Positions 13,233-25,690 of a DNA stretch of 64,000 nt are shown one piece after another (within the stretch, counting starts at the first letter, position 1; each line of letters starts with the position of its first letter). Source of the DNA: the human T2T-CHM13v2.0 reference genome, Homo sapiens; NCBI GenBank assembly GCA_009914755.4, contig CP068257.2:33600001-33664000 (forward strand). The letters run 5' to 3'. The position numbers and the translations under genes are program-made. The notes beneath the pieces were generated by a model. That model searched no databases. It was not told where the DNA came from and saw only the letters and a program-made list of their open reading frames with translations.

Positions 13233-14329
13233 TTAAAGAATGACTGCATGAGGAATAAGGGCCAAGTGTCATGAGAAATGTGCCATGACAGAGTGTCACA
13301 GAGGTTTCAGAGGAGGACAGTCCTTCCACATGGAGGAAGTCAGTCAGTGTGCTTCCTGTTGGGAGGAAATGCTCCTGAGAACTGCCGTGATGCCCATGAG
13401 GATGCGAGTGTGTGTGTATGCTTGTGCACCAGCCAGGATGAACGTGCACAAAGAGCAACCTCCCTTCTCCCCATGCGAAACATATGGAGAACTTGGTGTG
13501 GGTTCTTCAACTCCAAGCCTGTGCATGAGACTCCAGATAATTGTCGGGATTGCACCAGGGGGAAGGGAGGGGGAAAATCAGAAGGAAAGGCTTTCCAATC
13601 TCCCCTGATCATTTGCTTTCAATCCAGAGAGATATATTAATGGTATGAGGATAGCGGCCTTCTCAGTCTAGACTCTGCCACAAGAGAACATGCCTCCAGG
13701 TCAATCAAGAAGGGGCCCTGTGCAGACAAGTCAGGCTCTGCACTGGAAGGTCAGAGGCAGGTGTGGTTGCCTTTAGGACCTGCAAATCTTGCAAGAGACC
13801 TCTGACTTGGTCCCTGATGTTCCACCCACATGCTGTCAGAGAGATGAAGGCAGCATGATGAAAGGACGCAGACTTGGTTCTATGTGGGATAAAGCCATGT
13901 CTCAAAGCCTGGCCCATGGTGTGTGTAATCAGGGCCCTGCTTCAAAAAGCAGATGATGGGCCCCACCCTAGATACATTGAATGAGATGCTCCAGAGAATG
14001 AGGCCTAGCGGTGTGCATATTTAACAAGCTCTCTGGGTGATTCTTGTTCACCAGGAAGTTTAAGGACTGAGAAGAAGGCTATAGACAGCCAGCCAGCTCC
14101 ATCTGCAGCTCTGCTGTCCAGGTGTGACCTGTATTCATCTCAGTGCCAAATGAGTCATCACAGTCTGCAAGTTTTGTGCTGAAGTTGCTAAGAAATACCG
14201 AATTTAAGAAATATACAAATATAAGATATTCTATACATAGTAAAATATATAAGAAATTAGATATATAAGAATAGCTCCATTTTGAAGACTCTACTAAGTA
14301 CTTACTTAATATAGTAACTGATGAATCTG

Positions 14330-14450
14330 TATTGTGAGACAGATTCTACCTCCTTCTCTCTCATTGTACAAGTATCACACTTGTAGCCCATTTTACAAGT
14401 GAGAAAACCCAGGCACAGGGTTAAGCATTTGCTCAAGACGTTAATAGCTA
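14330..14450 (-). mobile_element. MIR SINE remnant
   Basis: attttacaagtgagaaaacccaggcacagggttaagcatttgctcaagac resembles the reverse complement of the MIR core and tail. Confidence 0.35.
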
Positions 14451-15240
14451 TTGGATTTAAATGTGGAGGCAGGATTCAAACATGGGCCAGCTGACTCTGG
14501 GGCCATCACCTTTAAGTACGAGGCACTGTTGTCTCCCGACAAGTTAAGAGAAACTGAACTGTTCTGAATGCAACCTTGAGCCTGGAAAATATGCTTGGGC
14601 ACATGATATAGCATTGTTGACAAATCTCAGGACCACTATGGGAAAGCAAGGGTCCTAGGCTAGACCGTGTTGTTTGAGGTTTATCACATTGCTTTTGCAT
14701 CTCTAGACTTCCATTTGCAAAGCTGTATAACAATAGTCTCTGTGGCATTTTCTACCTTTTGAAATCTCTGTCCCAATTGAAGAGCAAATTAAAAATGGGG
14801 CACCAACAATATAGGTTAAGTCAGGTATGAATTCAGCAAAAGGTTCCCACAGTTCCCAAAGAGAAATGCTACATTCACCTGAGAACTTCATAAAAATATA
14901 GATTTCTGGATGCAATCTCTCAGGGAACTTCATTCAGGGCACCAAAACGTCTCTTAGGAATTTTGTCACTTTTGGATGATCCCGGGGTTGAGAACAATAA
15001 CCTGCAACAGTATTAGGATTTGAAAACCTTGCATCCTTGTTTTGATTTTTAAGGTCAAGTCCTCACAAGCTTTTCAGTGAGAAAATTGTCCTTTTTTTCC
15101 TCTTTCTCTGTTCTTACCTCCCCCCTTCCTTCTCTCCTTCCCTTTTCCACTCTTTCCTCAAACATATATTGAACACATAGCAGGTGCTAGGTCTTATGCT
15201 AAGTTTGGAAAATACACCTCCTGCATGAATGGAATGTATA

Positions 15241-15290
15241 TTGTGTGTGTGTGTGTATGTGTGTGTGTGTGTGTGTGTATTTATGTGTGT
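15241..15290. repeat. (GT)n microsatellite, interrupted
   Basis: tgtgtgtgtgtgtgtatgtgtgtgtgtgtgtgtgtgtatttatgtgtgt. Confidence 0.9.
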
Positions 15291-18200
15291 ACATGCACAC
15301 AAGAGCATACACCCTGAGAAAGCAAGGAGGCTCACAGAGCTATGTGTGCTGCCTTTTCTTAGCAACTTTAACTCTAAAGAGTCCTGGAAAACCCAGACTA
15401 TTGACTAGATTGGAGAACGATGATAAGCTCCTTCTTCAACTACTCTTGCCGGGCACCCTCATGACTGCCGTTGGCTTCTCGGCCCACGAGTCTAATCACT
15501 TGTGTTCATTCCTGGCTTGTGAGTCACAGAGGAGTCATCCCTGACCCTGACCCATAAGAAGAATGGTCATTTATTTACCCTTTGAAACGTGACCAGGTGG
15601 CTCATTAATTTTGCAGCATTAATTCTAAGGGGAAATGAGATTCCAACCAGCGTCATTAATCTTGTAAAAATACAGCCACGAGAAGAGAGCATCGATAATC
15701 AGAATGTAATTTTCTGAGTTAGGAAGTGGTCAGGACATTGGTGTCAGGGATCCGGCACATCTAAGGTTTTCATGGCATTCTCGCCAATGGCCCAACCAGG
15801 TCAAGGCAATGGTTTTAAGCCTGGAAGAAAAAGACCACTTCAAAGGTTGTTGATTCCTAAGATAGAGCTTAGACCCTTCTCTGGCAATAATAAGAATGAC
15901 ATCTATTGAATCATTAATATCTGGTTGTTAATCATTCTAACTAAATACTTTTTTTAACCAATACAGGTCTATTTAAGATATTGGTTTATAAAGTATTGCT
16001 GCTCAGAGTGGCTCAGTGATGGTCAGTGAGTGACCTATTTATTCACATTAATACACTTTGTTTAACTGTCAATCTTTCCATAGCCTGTAATCTCTTAAAA
16101 ATGATGATGATGATTTTCATTAAAGGAAGCTAAGTCTTTTTCAATAATTCCATCTACAAGCAAAACCTCTCCTAATTAGTTTATATCCTGTAAATTCAAT
16201 CCCTTATTGCTTTTGTCTTCCACTGAAACTAAAGTATTATTTAACCAGATTTATTTTTTTGTCCAATTTATTTATCCTTTCTTATTTTCAATCATTCAGT
16301 TGCAGCCTTTTTCAAAATACATTCCTATTATCTAAAGCTTTGGAGGAAAATTTGCTGCTGAGAATACATACAAATATCTGACTTCGGTGTCACCTACCTT
16401 TTATAAGTAAAACAAGCAAACAAAAAACAAAGTAATGTGGATATATACCCTATCATTTTATAGGCCCAATTTAATCATTTTTATTGATAATATAGGATGT
16501 GGAAAAGGTCTTCAGTAGATTATGTTATACCTGCTCCTAATTATTCAAGACATGTAACTAGTTATATCATCTACCACCATGGAAAGAACGAAAACCAGCT
16601 AAAGAGGGCATAAAATTAATGTATGACTTCCATGTCACAAAAAGAAGAAATGACATTGGTGGCCAGAACGCAATGCTGATGAATGAAACTTTGGTTTTGT
16701 TTCATAATTGCCTGCATTGACATGAGGGACTGTGCATTTAGCCCTAATAATCAGATAAGAATCAAGAGGCCACTCACACGCAAAGTGACTTCAACAGATC
16801 TTTATTAAAAATCTTTTCTCAACTGCTTGGCTGTATTTCTTAACACAGAGAAAAGTTTCTTCTAAAAATACCTCCTTCTTCTTGCTGCAAATCAATTGCT
16901 ATTATTTTCTGTCACCAACTGGCTAATACATAGATTGTCTCTATTAAATCCATAGGACATTAAACTTATAATATGGCTTATGACATGCGAGAGATTGTGT
17001 GTCTCCACAGATTGTAGGCTTCTTCTGAAAAATTTATCCAGAACAATTCTAAGGAAAAGGTACATTTCCAACGTTTTTGTGTACTGTGGTGGGAATAACA
17101 GCAACACATCTATCCATTCTTCAGAAGGTTCTAGATAGAAAAGTCTTCACATCTTTGTTTATGGATGTCTCAACATTTCCCCCGATACCTTCCTGTGTCC
17201 ATTAATACATACTGATAGGCAAGACAAAAATAAATCAGTGCTATTTATTTTTCACAGGAAATCTCATTTCCACTAGGCATCTCAACGTGTTTTGACTTTT
17301 CTCCTTTGGTTAGAGTGTCTTCAGAACATATGAAAACTGTCAAATATTAATGCCAGTTATATAATTAATCTCACCATCAGCAAATTTTTGTAAAACTTTA
17401 AAATAGTTTTTTTTATATTTGCTGGAATCACTGAAACAGAATAAGTACTAAATATTGGCAAATTACTCTCCCATGAGGCTTTTAGGGTAAGATGCTCAGT
17501 TTGTTATATTGGTGAGAAGTATCTTGATGAATGTGTCATTTAACTCGTGTGTCAATGGCAAATTAATTTTGTTATAGAAGAAGAATCGACTTATTTTTAA
17601 TTTAAAACATGAGAAATGCCAGCAGTCGAAGCGACTGTTGGTTTAACCACATCTTTTCTAAATTGGCAACACAAGGCAATGGTCTAAATATAAGTACTGC
17701 AATTGTGGTTTTGGTTTCAGAACCATTGCACAGTTGTTAGTTACCATAGTTGAGCAGAGGAAAAAAACTGCTCAGGGTAGGGAAAGGAATTTGCAGACTG
17801 CCACGGCAGGTTAATTTAGACTAATTTGGACCCCAATCATGAGAGTAACACATGTCCTCTGGAATTATTTTGCCAAGCTTGTGCTGGGTAGGTTAACAAG
17901 AAAAGAGTTCACTGGTTTTTAAAATAAAAAGAACAGAGAGATGGGCAAAGGTACTTAAAAAAATCTGATGCACAAACCATGTTTTCTAATTTAAAATACC
18001 TTAGTTGGAAGCCAAATCTTGAAATCTAGCTTTTGGATTTCAATGTCTTTCAATATGCCAATGGAAGCTGGGTATAACGATTACTACACAGATTTGAAAT
18101 TAAGATTTGTGTTTTGTTTCCCACCATAATTATACCATCATGACATATTATCTCCTCCCGCTTTATTTTTTATTTTACAGCCACCAAGTGGGCTCTGTAT

Positions 18201-18789
18201 TTCCAAGGCGGTTCTGTAGACCAAGGTGGCAATCACAGTGTTGTTCACATTTATTTGTTCAAGCGACCCAGCAATTCCACTCCATATCTCTACCCTGAAG
18301 TAGCTCTCACATGTGTTCATAAGAAAGAACAAACAAGAATATTCATGGAAAAAAGAAACTGCACACATTGTTTTACAATATCTAAATTTATAACCCCAGG
18401 AGAATGGATTATAAATGGGACCCTTGTATGTATGTATGTGTTTGTGTGCATGAGTAGATACACAAAAAACAATGGAATGCAATTCAGGAGAAAAATATAC
18501 CTATCGACATGGGTATATCTCAAGATACAAAATATTACATAAAAATAATTTGCAGAAGGCTATATAGGCATAGTCCCATTTATTTGAAGTTTCATAATAA
18601 GTTGTGTTTTAGAATAAGTATGTAGCAAATGTATAAGGCAATGCATAGGAATGAGAAACACCAAATCAAGAGAGTTGTTCTTTCCATGTGGCAAGGAGGA
18701 GAATGATATTGAGAGCCACAATTGATCGAATAATGTTTGATTTCTAATACTTTATTGAGTAGTAAGCACAAGAATCTTTATTACACCTT

Positions 18790-18827
18790 TGAATGAATGA
18801 ATGAGTGAGTGAATGAATTCAGTTAAT
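18790..18827. repeat. (GAAT)n / (GAGT)n microsatellite
   Basis: gaatgaatgaatgagtgagtgaatgaatt. Confidence 0.8.
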
Positions 18828-19210
18828 CAATTAACAGAGTGCTATGGCTTAGATGTAGTTTATCCTTCACAAAACTCATGTGGAAATTTAATTGCCAATG
18901 TAACAGTGTTGGAAGGTGGTACCTTTAAGAGGTGATTAGGTCGAAAAGATAGACTGTCTTTCTCAAGAGACTGGGTTAGTTTTCTTGAGAATGGACTAGT
19001 TGCCTGAGAACAGGTTGCTACAAAGTGAGGCTGCCTCTCATGCCCTTTGCATGCTCCCACTTCCCCTTCCTCTTCTCTGTTATGTTTTGATTCAGCTTGA
19101 GGTCCTCACCAAAGCCAAGCAGATGTCAGTGCTATGCTTCTTGGACTTCTCAGCCTCCAGAATCATGAGCCAAATAAACCTATCTTCTTTATAAACTACC
19201 CAGTGTCAAG

Positions 19211-19560
<350 letters not shown>

Positions 19561-19865
19561 AGGTGTTCTATTATAACAACAGGAAACAAACTCTGACATA
19601 AAGTATACTATATAAACTATTCTTTATTTTTTTATACATATGAAATATTTAATGATTATTCTTTGCAAAAATCTAGAAAAATGATTAGGGGTGAAGAACT
19701 AGAAACAGTTTCTTTCTAGATACTGCTTGGAGCAATCAGCCCATTTTAATGGTGAGCAGCAGAGTTTAATCATTATTCAGATGAAGGTGTGCAGTTTTGA
19801 AGGCAAAGGGAAAGATGCCCCTGGGAAAAGAGAGATGTAACATTCTATAAAGAGTGATGATTTAG

Positions 19866-20160
19866 GTCAAGGGTCCCCAACCCCTGGGCCATGGACCAGA
19901 ACCAGGCCATACTGCAGGAGGTGAGCAGGGGACAAGCGAGCATTACTGCCTGAATTCTGCCTTCTGTCAGATCAATGGCAGCATTCAATTCTCATAGGAT
20001 CGCGAATCCTATTGTGAATTGTGCATGTGAGGGATCCAGGTTGTGCACTCCGTATGAGAATCTAATGCCTCTGAAACTATCTCCCCCAACCCCCCTGGTC
20101 CACGGAAAAATTGTCTTCCACAAAACTGGTCCCTGGTGCCAAAAAGGTTGGGGACCACTG
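19866..20160. mobile_element. Non-autonomous hAT MITE (MER30-like) with terminal inverted repeats and an 8-bp TSD ATTTAGGT / AATTAGGT
   Basis: Left end is caagggtccccaacccctgggccatggaccag. Right end is ctggtccctggtgccaaaaaggttggggaccactg, the reverse complement of the left-type terminus. The interior is gc-rich and palindromic (…ctcataggatcgcgaatcctattgtgaa…). Flanks read gatgATTTAGGT|…|AATTAGGTgatgg. Confidence 0.75.
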
Positions 20161-23100
20161 AATTAGGTGATGGTGTTTCTGACTAGGCTGGAGAGAATGG
20201 CATCAACAGAGCAGATGGAAGAGTAGACTTCTGGTGGAGAATGACAGCATTTCCTCTGAGGCTGAAATGAGATTAAAGACAGAATCAAAGAGACCAAAAT
20301 TCTTGCATGTTCAGAGGAAGTTAGCTAAAGAAGTTCATACTGAATGTCGTTGATTTCAGCAAATGAAGAAGGTGAATGACCTGCCAAAGCTTTTCCTGGC
20401 CCAAAGTTTCATGTTTCTTCTCCTTCTTTGTGCTCTTTCATGGCACTGTTTCATGATCTTCTATTTACTTATCTGTCCTCCACCCAACCTTCTAACAATA
20501 ACCAATAGGTGATAAACTCTTTGCAGGGAGGTGCAGCACCTGCTTTCTTTACCCTTACATCTTCAGCATTTAGCTACCATTCAGAGTAGGAAGGAGATGA
20601 TCAAAAAACAGTTGCTAAACAAAAGTCAAGAGGCAGTATTAAGATTGTATATTTCAGGAGGGAGAAGGCATTATACAACTTCTGTAGGGAGTGTTTTAGG
20701 CTCTACAGCCTAAAGGAATGAAAGATTTATGGATTAAAACTGAAGTTGCTCCACACATGGATCAGGTCTGCCCATGTCCAAGACTTTCTTCAGTGACTCT
20801 CCAAAGTCTAAAATCAAGAACCGAAAAGCAGACTTTGAGAGTAATCTGGGGTTGTGGTTGGCTCAGCAGGCCTAAGAGTAGGTCATAGGGGCCTTGAGGG
20901 TCCCCAGTGAGTGGGAGAGCACAGCTGAAATGTTTGACCAAGGAATTTCAGCTGGGCAGGGCTTAGGAGTATCAAGTGGGAAAACGAAGTGAAGCAGGAA
21001 GGGGGAAGATTTTGAAGGCCTCATTGGAGACAAAGGGCATGAACAGCAGGGGTGGAGGGGAGCTGGTGGACTACCTGTGAAAGTAGATGGGTATCAGTTG
21101 AGTCAGAAGGGAAGTAGAAAAGATGAGAGAGTAGAGACCATCAGAAGAAGTAGAGAAGAGGAGCAGAGATGATGGGGCAGATGGTCGTAGGAAGTGGCCA
21201 GAGAGCAGGGACAATAAGAAAGGAAATGGAGCAAGGTGCATAGACCAGTGCAAAGCAAAGAGAAGGCAGACTCCTCTTTCTGTCTCCCACCAGTGATCTT
21301 AACTGAATAGGTAGCAACTCAGGTTAATAAAAGTAGCAAAGAATGAGTACTAAGAATGAGTAACTGCATGCAATTGAAAACTACACAATGAGAACCATGG
21401 TGAAGTGGCCAATCAGATGTCTTCACCACTGAATGTGGTCTTCACCACTGAATTTCCCAATCCACAAGCAATCGAATTGTGCTGACTTTTTCCCATGATT
21501 GATATGATCAAATGAATTTCAATTTTAGCATAGATTCAGCTAATCTTACATAAGCATAAATCAAAAATATAAAGAATGATAACAATGGACATGCCTGCTG
21601 TTCCTATAAATATTATTATGCCACAATAGATATTCATAATAAATAATTAGATCAATATGTAATTGGGAGAAACTTCTTCAGCTTGTCATTTTGTAATACA
21701 AAAAGGTGAATTAACGAAACTTCCAAGTTTCTTTATCAAAGGAAACATCATTGACAAGCAGAGGAGTTCTCAGAAAGCATGTACTCAGTTCCCTAAACTG
21801 AGACAAATGGTTTCCATATTAAAAATATATTTAAAAAACACCCAAACCCAAACAATGTGAACTAAAAGAAATGCAAGTAAGAACTACTTTGCAAAATCAT
21901 GTATGACCTCCCCTCCCTGCTCAAATCTGCCAGTGGGATGTGACTTTTCCAGCCTCCTGGCTAAAATGGAGCTCATAAAAACATAGCTCATAGATGGCAG
22001 AAATCATGTTTGCAGCATATCTCCAACAGCCCTTAAATATAACCTGATTTAAAAAATAATCTGAATGAAGAATAGGAAAACAATATTGAAATGTATGATT
22101 CATATTGAAATGCAAGAAGGGCAGGGAGGTTCTGAACAAAAAATTAATCCAAGCATGTGTAAATTTAATTTGGCCAATGTAAGATGACATCAGTTGTTGA
22201 GAGATTTCCAAAACATGGTCATACGCAATCAAAGTGTTCTGTACCTGAGAGAATATTTAGCCATCCTTTCCTCCCTATGTGATCCCTTTCCTTTTGCAAA
22301 CCTAAAGGACATAAATTCTTAAAATAGAGCAACCTGCACTATTTCTTAAAAAAATGGTAAGTATTCTCCACTACGAAATAAAAAGAAAGAATCAGAGAGA
22401 AATCGGGATCTTAAAATGCTGCTTCATTTGTCCACAGAGCATGCATCTTCTAGCAATCTGACAGCAATGACTTGCCTAAAACTGGGCAATCATTTCCCAG
22501 AGAGCAGTATTTACCTAATTAAGAGCTTCTCCGTGGTCCCCAGTTACTTAATTGTGTCATTAGCAGGAGTTTTGACATGAAGAACAACTTGTGTCTAGAG
22601 CACCAGCCTGGCCTCCGTTAGGGAAACCCAGCGGAGCGGCTCCCAGGGGGGCTGGCAGCAGCCTGCTGCAGTATGTACAGCACAAAATAGAATAATTGGT
22701 CCCCAGAGGGGCTGTCTCTTCAGCTGCCAATAGGGATTGTTTTTTTCCTTGTGAATAAAAAGCCAAGCCTCCATGACTCTTCTACTGAATATTAACGTGT
22801 GCCTCTGGTGCTCAGCGGCTCGTGGGAGGGATTAGGTCCTGGTGATTGTTACAGCTGTCCTCTTTGCTGCCCTACCGTTGATGACAGCATGAAATCGACA
22901 GTCCTGATCAAGGGAATAATGCGGTCAAGCTTCCTGATAGTCAAATGGATAAAATGTGCAGTGTACCATAGAGGTGTCCAACTGGGTGGGATCATAGGGG
23001 TTAAACTTCAGCCTGGGGGCCAAAGGGATGCTCTGTCCTCCTGCAATATGACATGGCAAAGGGCCGGAATTGACTGAGACTGTCAGGAGGTCAGGTGGGG

Positions 23101-23212
23101 GCTTCCTGCTGCTCCTTCCTTTCTCTAGCAGAAAAAGCAAAAGAAAAAGGGTGAGCACAAGTGCTTATAAATATTTTCCCAGGGGAAAAAAAATCAACTG
23201 CTTCTAGAAAGG

Positions 23213-23472
23213 TTTTTTTTTTTTTTTTTTTTAAAGGCTTTTAAAAATTGAGATATAAGTCATATGTAATAAATTCACCATTATAAAATGTACAATTTAG
23301 TGGTTCTAGCATATTTACAAAGTTGTGCAACCATCACCACTGTTTAATTTCAGAATGCTTTCATCACCCCAAAACCGTGGACCCATTAGCAGTCACCCAT
23401 TCCCCCCTCCCAGCCACTGGTAACCATTCGTCTACTTTTTGACTCTATGGATTTGCTTATTCTGGATATTTC
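23213..23472 (-). mobile_element. Old L1 (L1M-type) 3'UTR end fragment with poly(A) tail seen as poly(T)
   Basis: T20 followed by …gagatataagtcatatgtaataaattcaccattataaaatgtacaatttagtggttctagcatatttacaaagttgtgcaaccatcaccac…catcaccccaaaa…gactctatggatttgcttattctggatatttc. This is the reverse complement of the L1M 3' end. Confidence 0.7.
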
Positions 23473-25269
23473 TAGAAAGATTTTTGATTAAAGAGTTTAT
23501 AAGTATCTAATATGGATTAGAGTTCGCAAGTATTAAAAAAGTGACAGTAAAACTGTGGTGGGGGGGTGGAATTAATCTGGAGTTCATAACTATTATCTGG
23601 AGTTCCAGTTTGAATTAGGATTTCAAAAACTGATCATAGAGCAGAACAAAGATTGTCACGAGTACATTGGCTTACCTCTTTTCTTATTCTTTCAATATTA
23701 GGATTAGTAAAATTCATCATAGAAACTTAGGCTATGTTTAGTTTGTGGAAAGCATTTTTTTAGACTAGCACAGGGAAAATATTTGGGGAAAATATTTTCG
23801 TTTGCATTATGAGTGTTTATTGTGGAGCCTTTTAAATTCAAAACTGTGTATCTTTGTCTTTAAAAAAATCTGTTTCTTGTAAAGTGTCTTAAAAAAAGAC
23901 TATAAACAAAAATATTTTAATAAAATTTTACTCTCTGAAATGATATTTATATTTAATGAATATTAAATATAAATTTATTTTTATATTTAAATGAAGGATT
24001 CAAATTTATTTAGCCAAGGCAACTGCTTAAAAATTATCCATATATATGCATAGGTGATGAGGGCTTTTATTGAATATTTTAGGACAGGAACTTATTTGGT
24101 ATAAGGACACTGAAATAATTTTTGGATGTATTATTCTCCCTCTATTTTCTCAAAATTGAATTATAACTATTGGTTCAATTTTACCATTGGCTTTCTCAAT
24201 AGAGCCTTAAGATCTTAACTCTAGAACACCTGCCATCTTTATGGCAAGTTAATGCTAACGTTTTGTTTTAAGAAGAGCTCCTTGGCACATCTAACATCGA
24301 ATAGTTAGTTCAGAAGAAAGTGTTTGCTACTAATGAAAGCCACTTCTTTTATCGCAAGGTTTCACGTTGGGCAGTATTTTAGCCTTGGTTCTACCAAAAA
24401 GTAAAGCTTGAGACAAGGGCTTGCATATAGTTTATTTTGGGAAAATATCCCCAAAGAACAGGAGTGGGAGACTGGACAGAGGCAAATGGAAGGATGGAAC
24501 TTCCATCCAAAGGTACATTATTGAGTGAAATCCAGAAAGCACAAGCTAGCCAGTGCAGCTCAGGCAGGAGGCTATGAGGTTACAGATGGGAAGATGGTGG
24601 TTGCAATGCACGGCTGGAGTGAAATGTAGGTGTGAGGGGTGTCTCATAAACGGTATCCTAATTTACACGCTTGGTGGACACTTACAGGACATGGTAGATC
24701 TATGTCTGTATGGAACTTCTCACAACAAATCTTTTTCAATCAACACAGCTTTAGAAATTCTCCAAGTTATCTTGTCTCATAAAGACAGCAGATGCCAAAG
24801 ATCAGCAAGGAGAGTTCAGCCTAGCGAGACAGAGATGCGGGATACAGAGGCTCTCCTGTGGTTCACACAGAAAGATGGGAACCACACGGGACCAGAAATA
24901 CGGACCAGGGTCAAGAACTGGTACCTCAGGATGGAGAAGGCAAGAACCAAGTGGAACCACGAGAGGGATCCAAGGTGACCTGAAGCTCTTCTCTCGGCCA
25001 GACTGATAGAGAGAAGCTCGGCTTCTCAGTGAGGACACATTGGAACCTGACCCCTGGGCCTTTATGCTCCTCAGATATGCTGAGGGATATGCAGACCTCA
25101 TCCCAGAGTTCAAATTCAGCCATTCTCAACCAAACATTTTGTTATTTCATAAAGACTGGTATTAACCAATGCTTCACAGTTTATTAAGATAGTACCCGAG
25201 TAAGGTGGACTCTGCCTAATTATTAGAAATAATGTTTTCGATTTCGTCAAATACAGCTGGTGGAAGAGT

Positions 25270-25690
25270 AAATTGGGATGACCTTTCTGGAGGAGGGCAA
25301 GTGACAATAGGAACCAAAGCCTTAAAAATGTATATGGCCTTGGCCCAGCAATTCCACTTGTAAGAATTGATACTAAAGTCAAAAGCTGATACATCACAAA
25401 GATATAACATATATATAAGAATGGTCACTGAAACATTGTTAATAACATTGAGAAATTGACAATAAGTGTTAAACTTATTTGAGGAATAGTTAAAAGTTTG
25501 GTATAGCCAGAAAATGAAATCCTAGGAAGTTATAAAAAATTATGGCAAAAACATGTACACATTGACATAGAAACATAACCATAATATTTTAAAGTAACAG
25601 AGTGAGTTAATAAACGAATGAGTCCACTTATATAAAATTACAGATGTGCAGAGAAGCGTCTGCACAGATATTTACCACATTTTAAACAGC
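25270..25690 (+). mobile_element. Diverged ancient L1 3'-region fragment (tentative)
   Basis: cccagcaattccacttgtaag… and …tccacttatataaaat… give partial similarity to the L1M 3' region. The match is weak. Confidence 0.35.

Noticed and set aside
24553-24978. 141-aa ORF (also 45757-46176 at 139 aa, and 13180-13640 overlapping ORFs)
   Set aside because: I cannot recognise any similarity to known proteins. The sequence is not compositionally coding-like and has no supporting splice or promoter context. In mammalian DNA, random ORFs of this size are expected.
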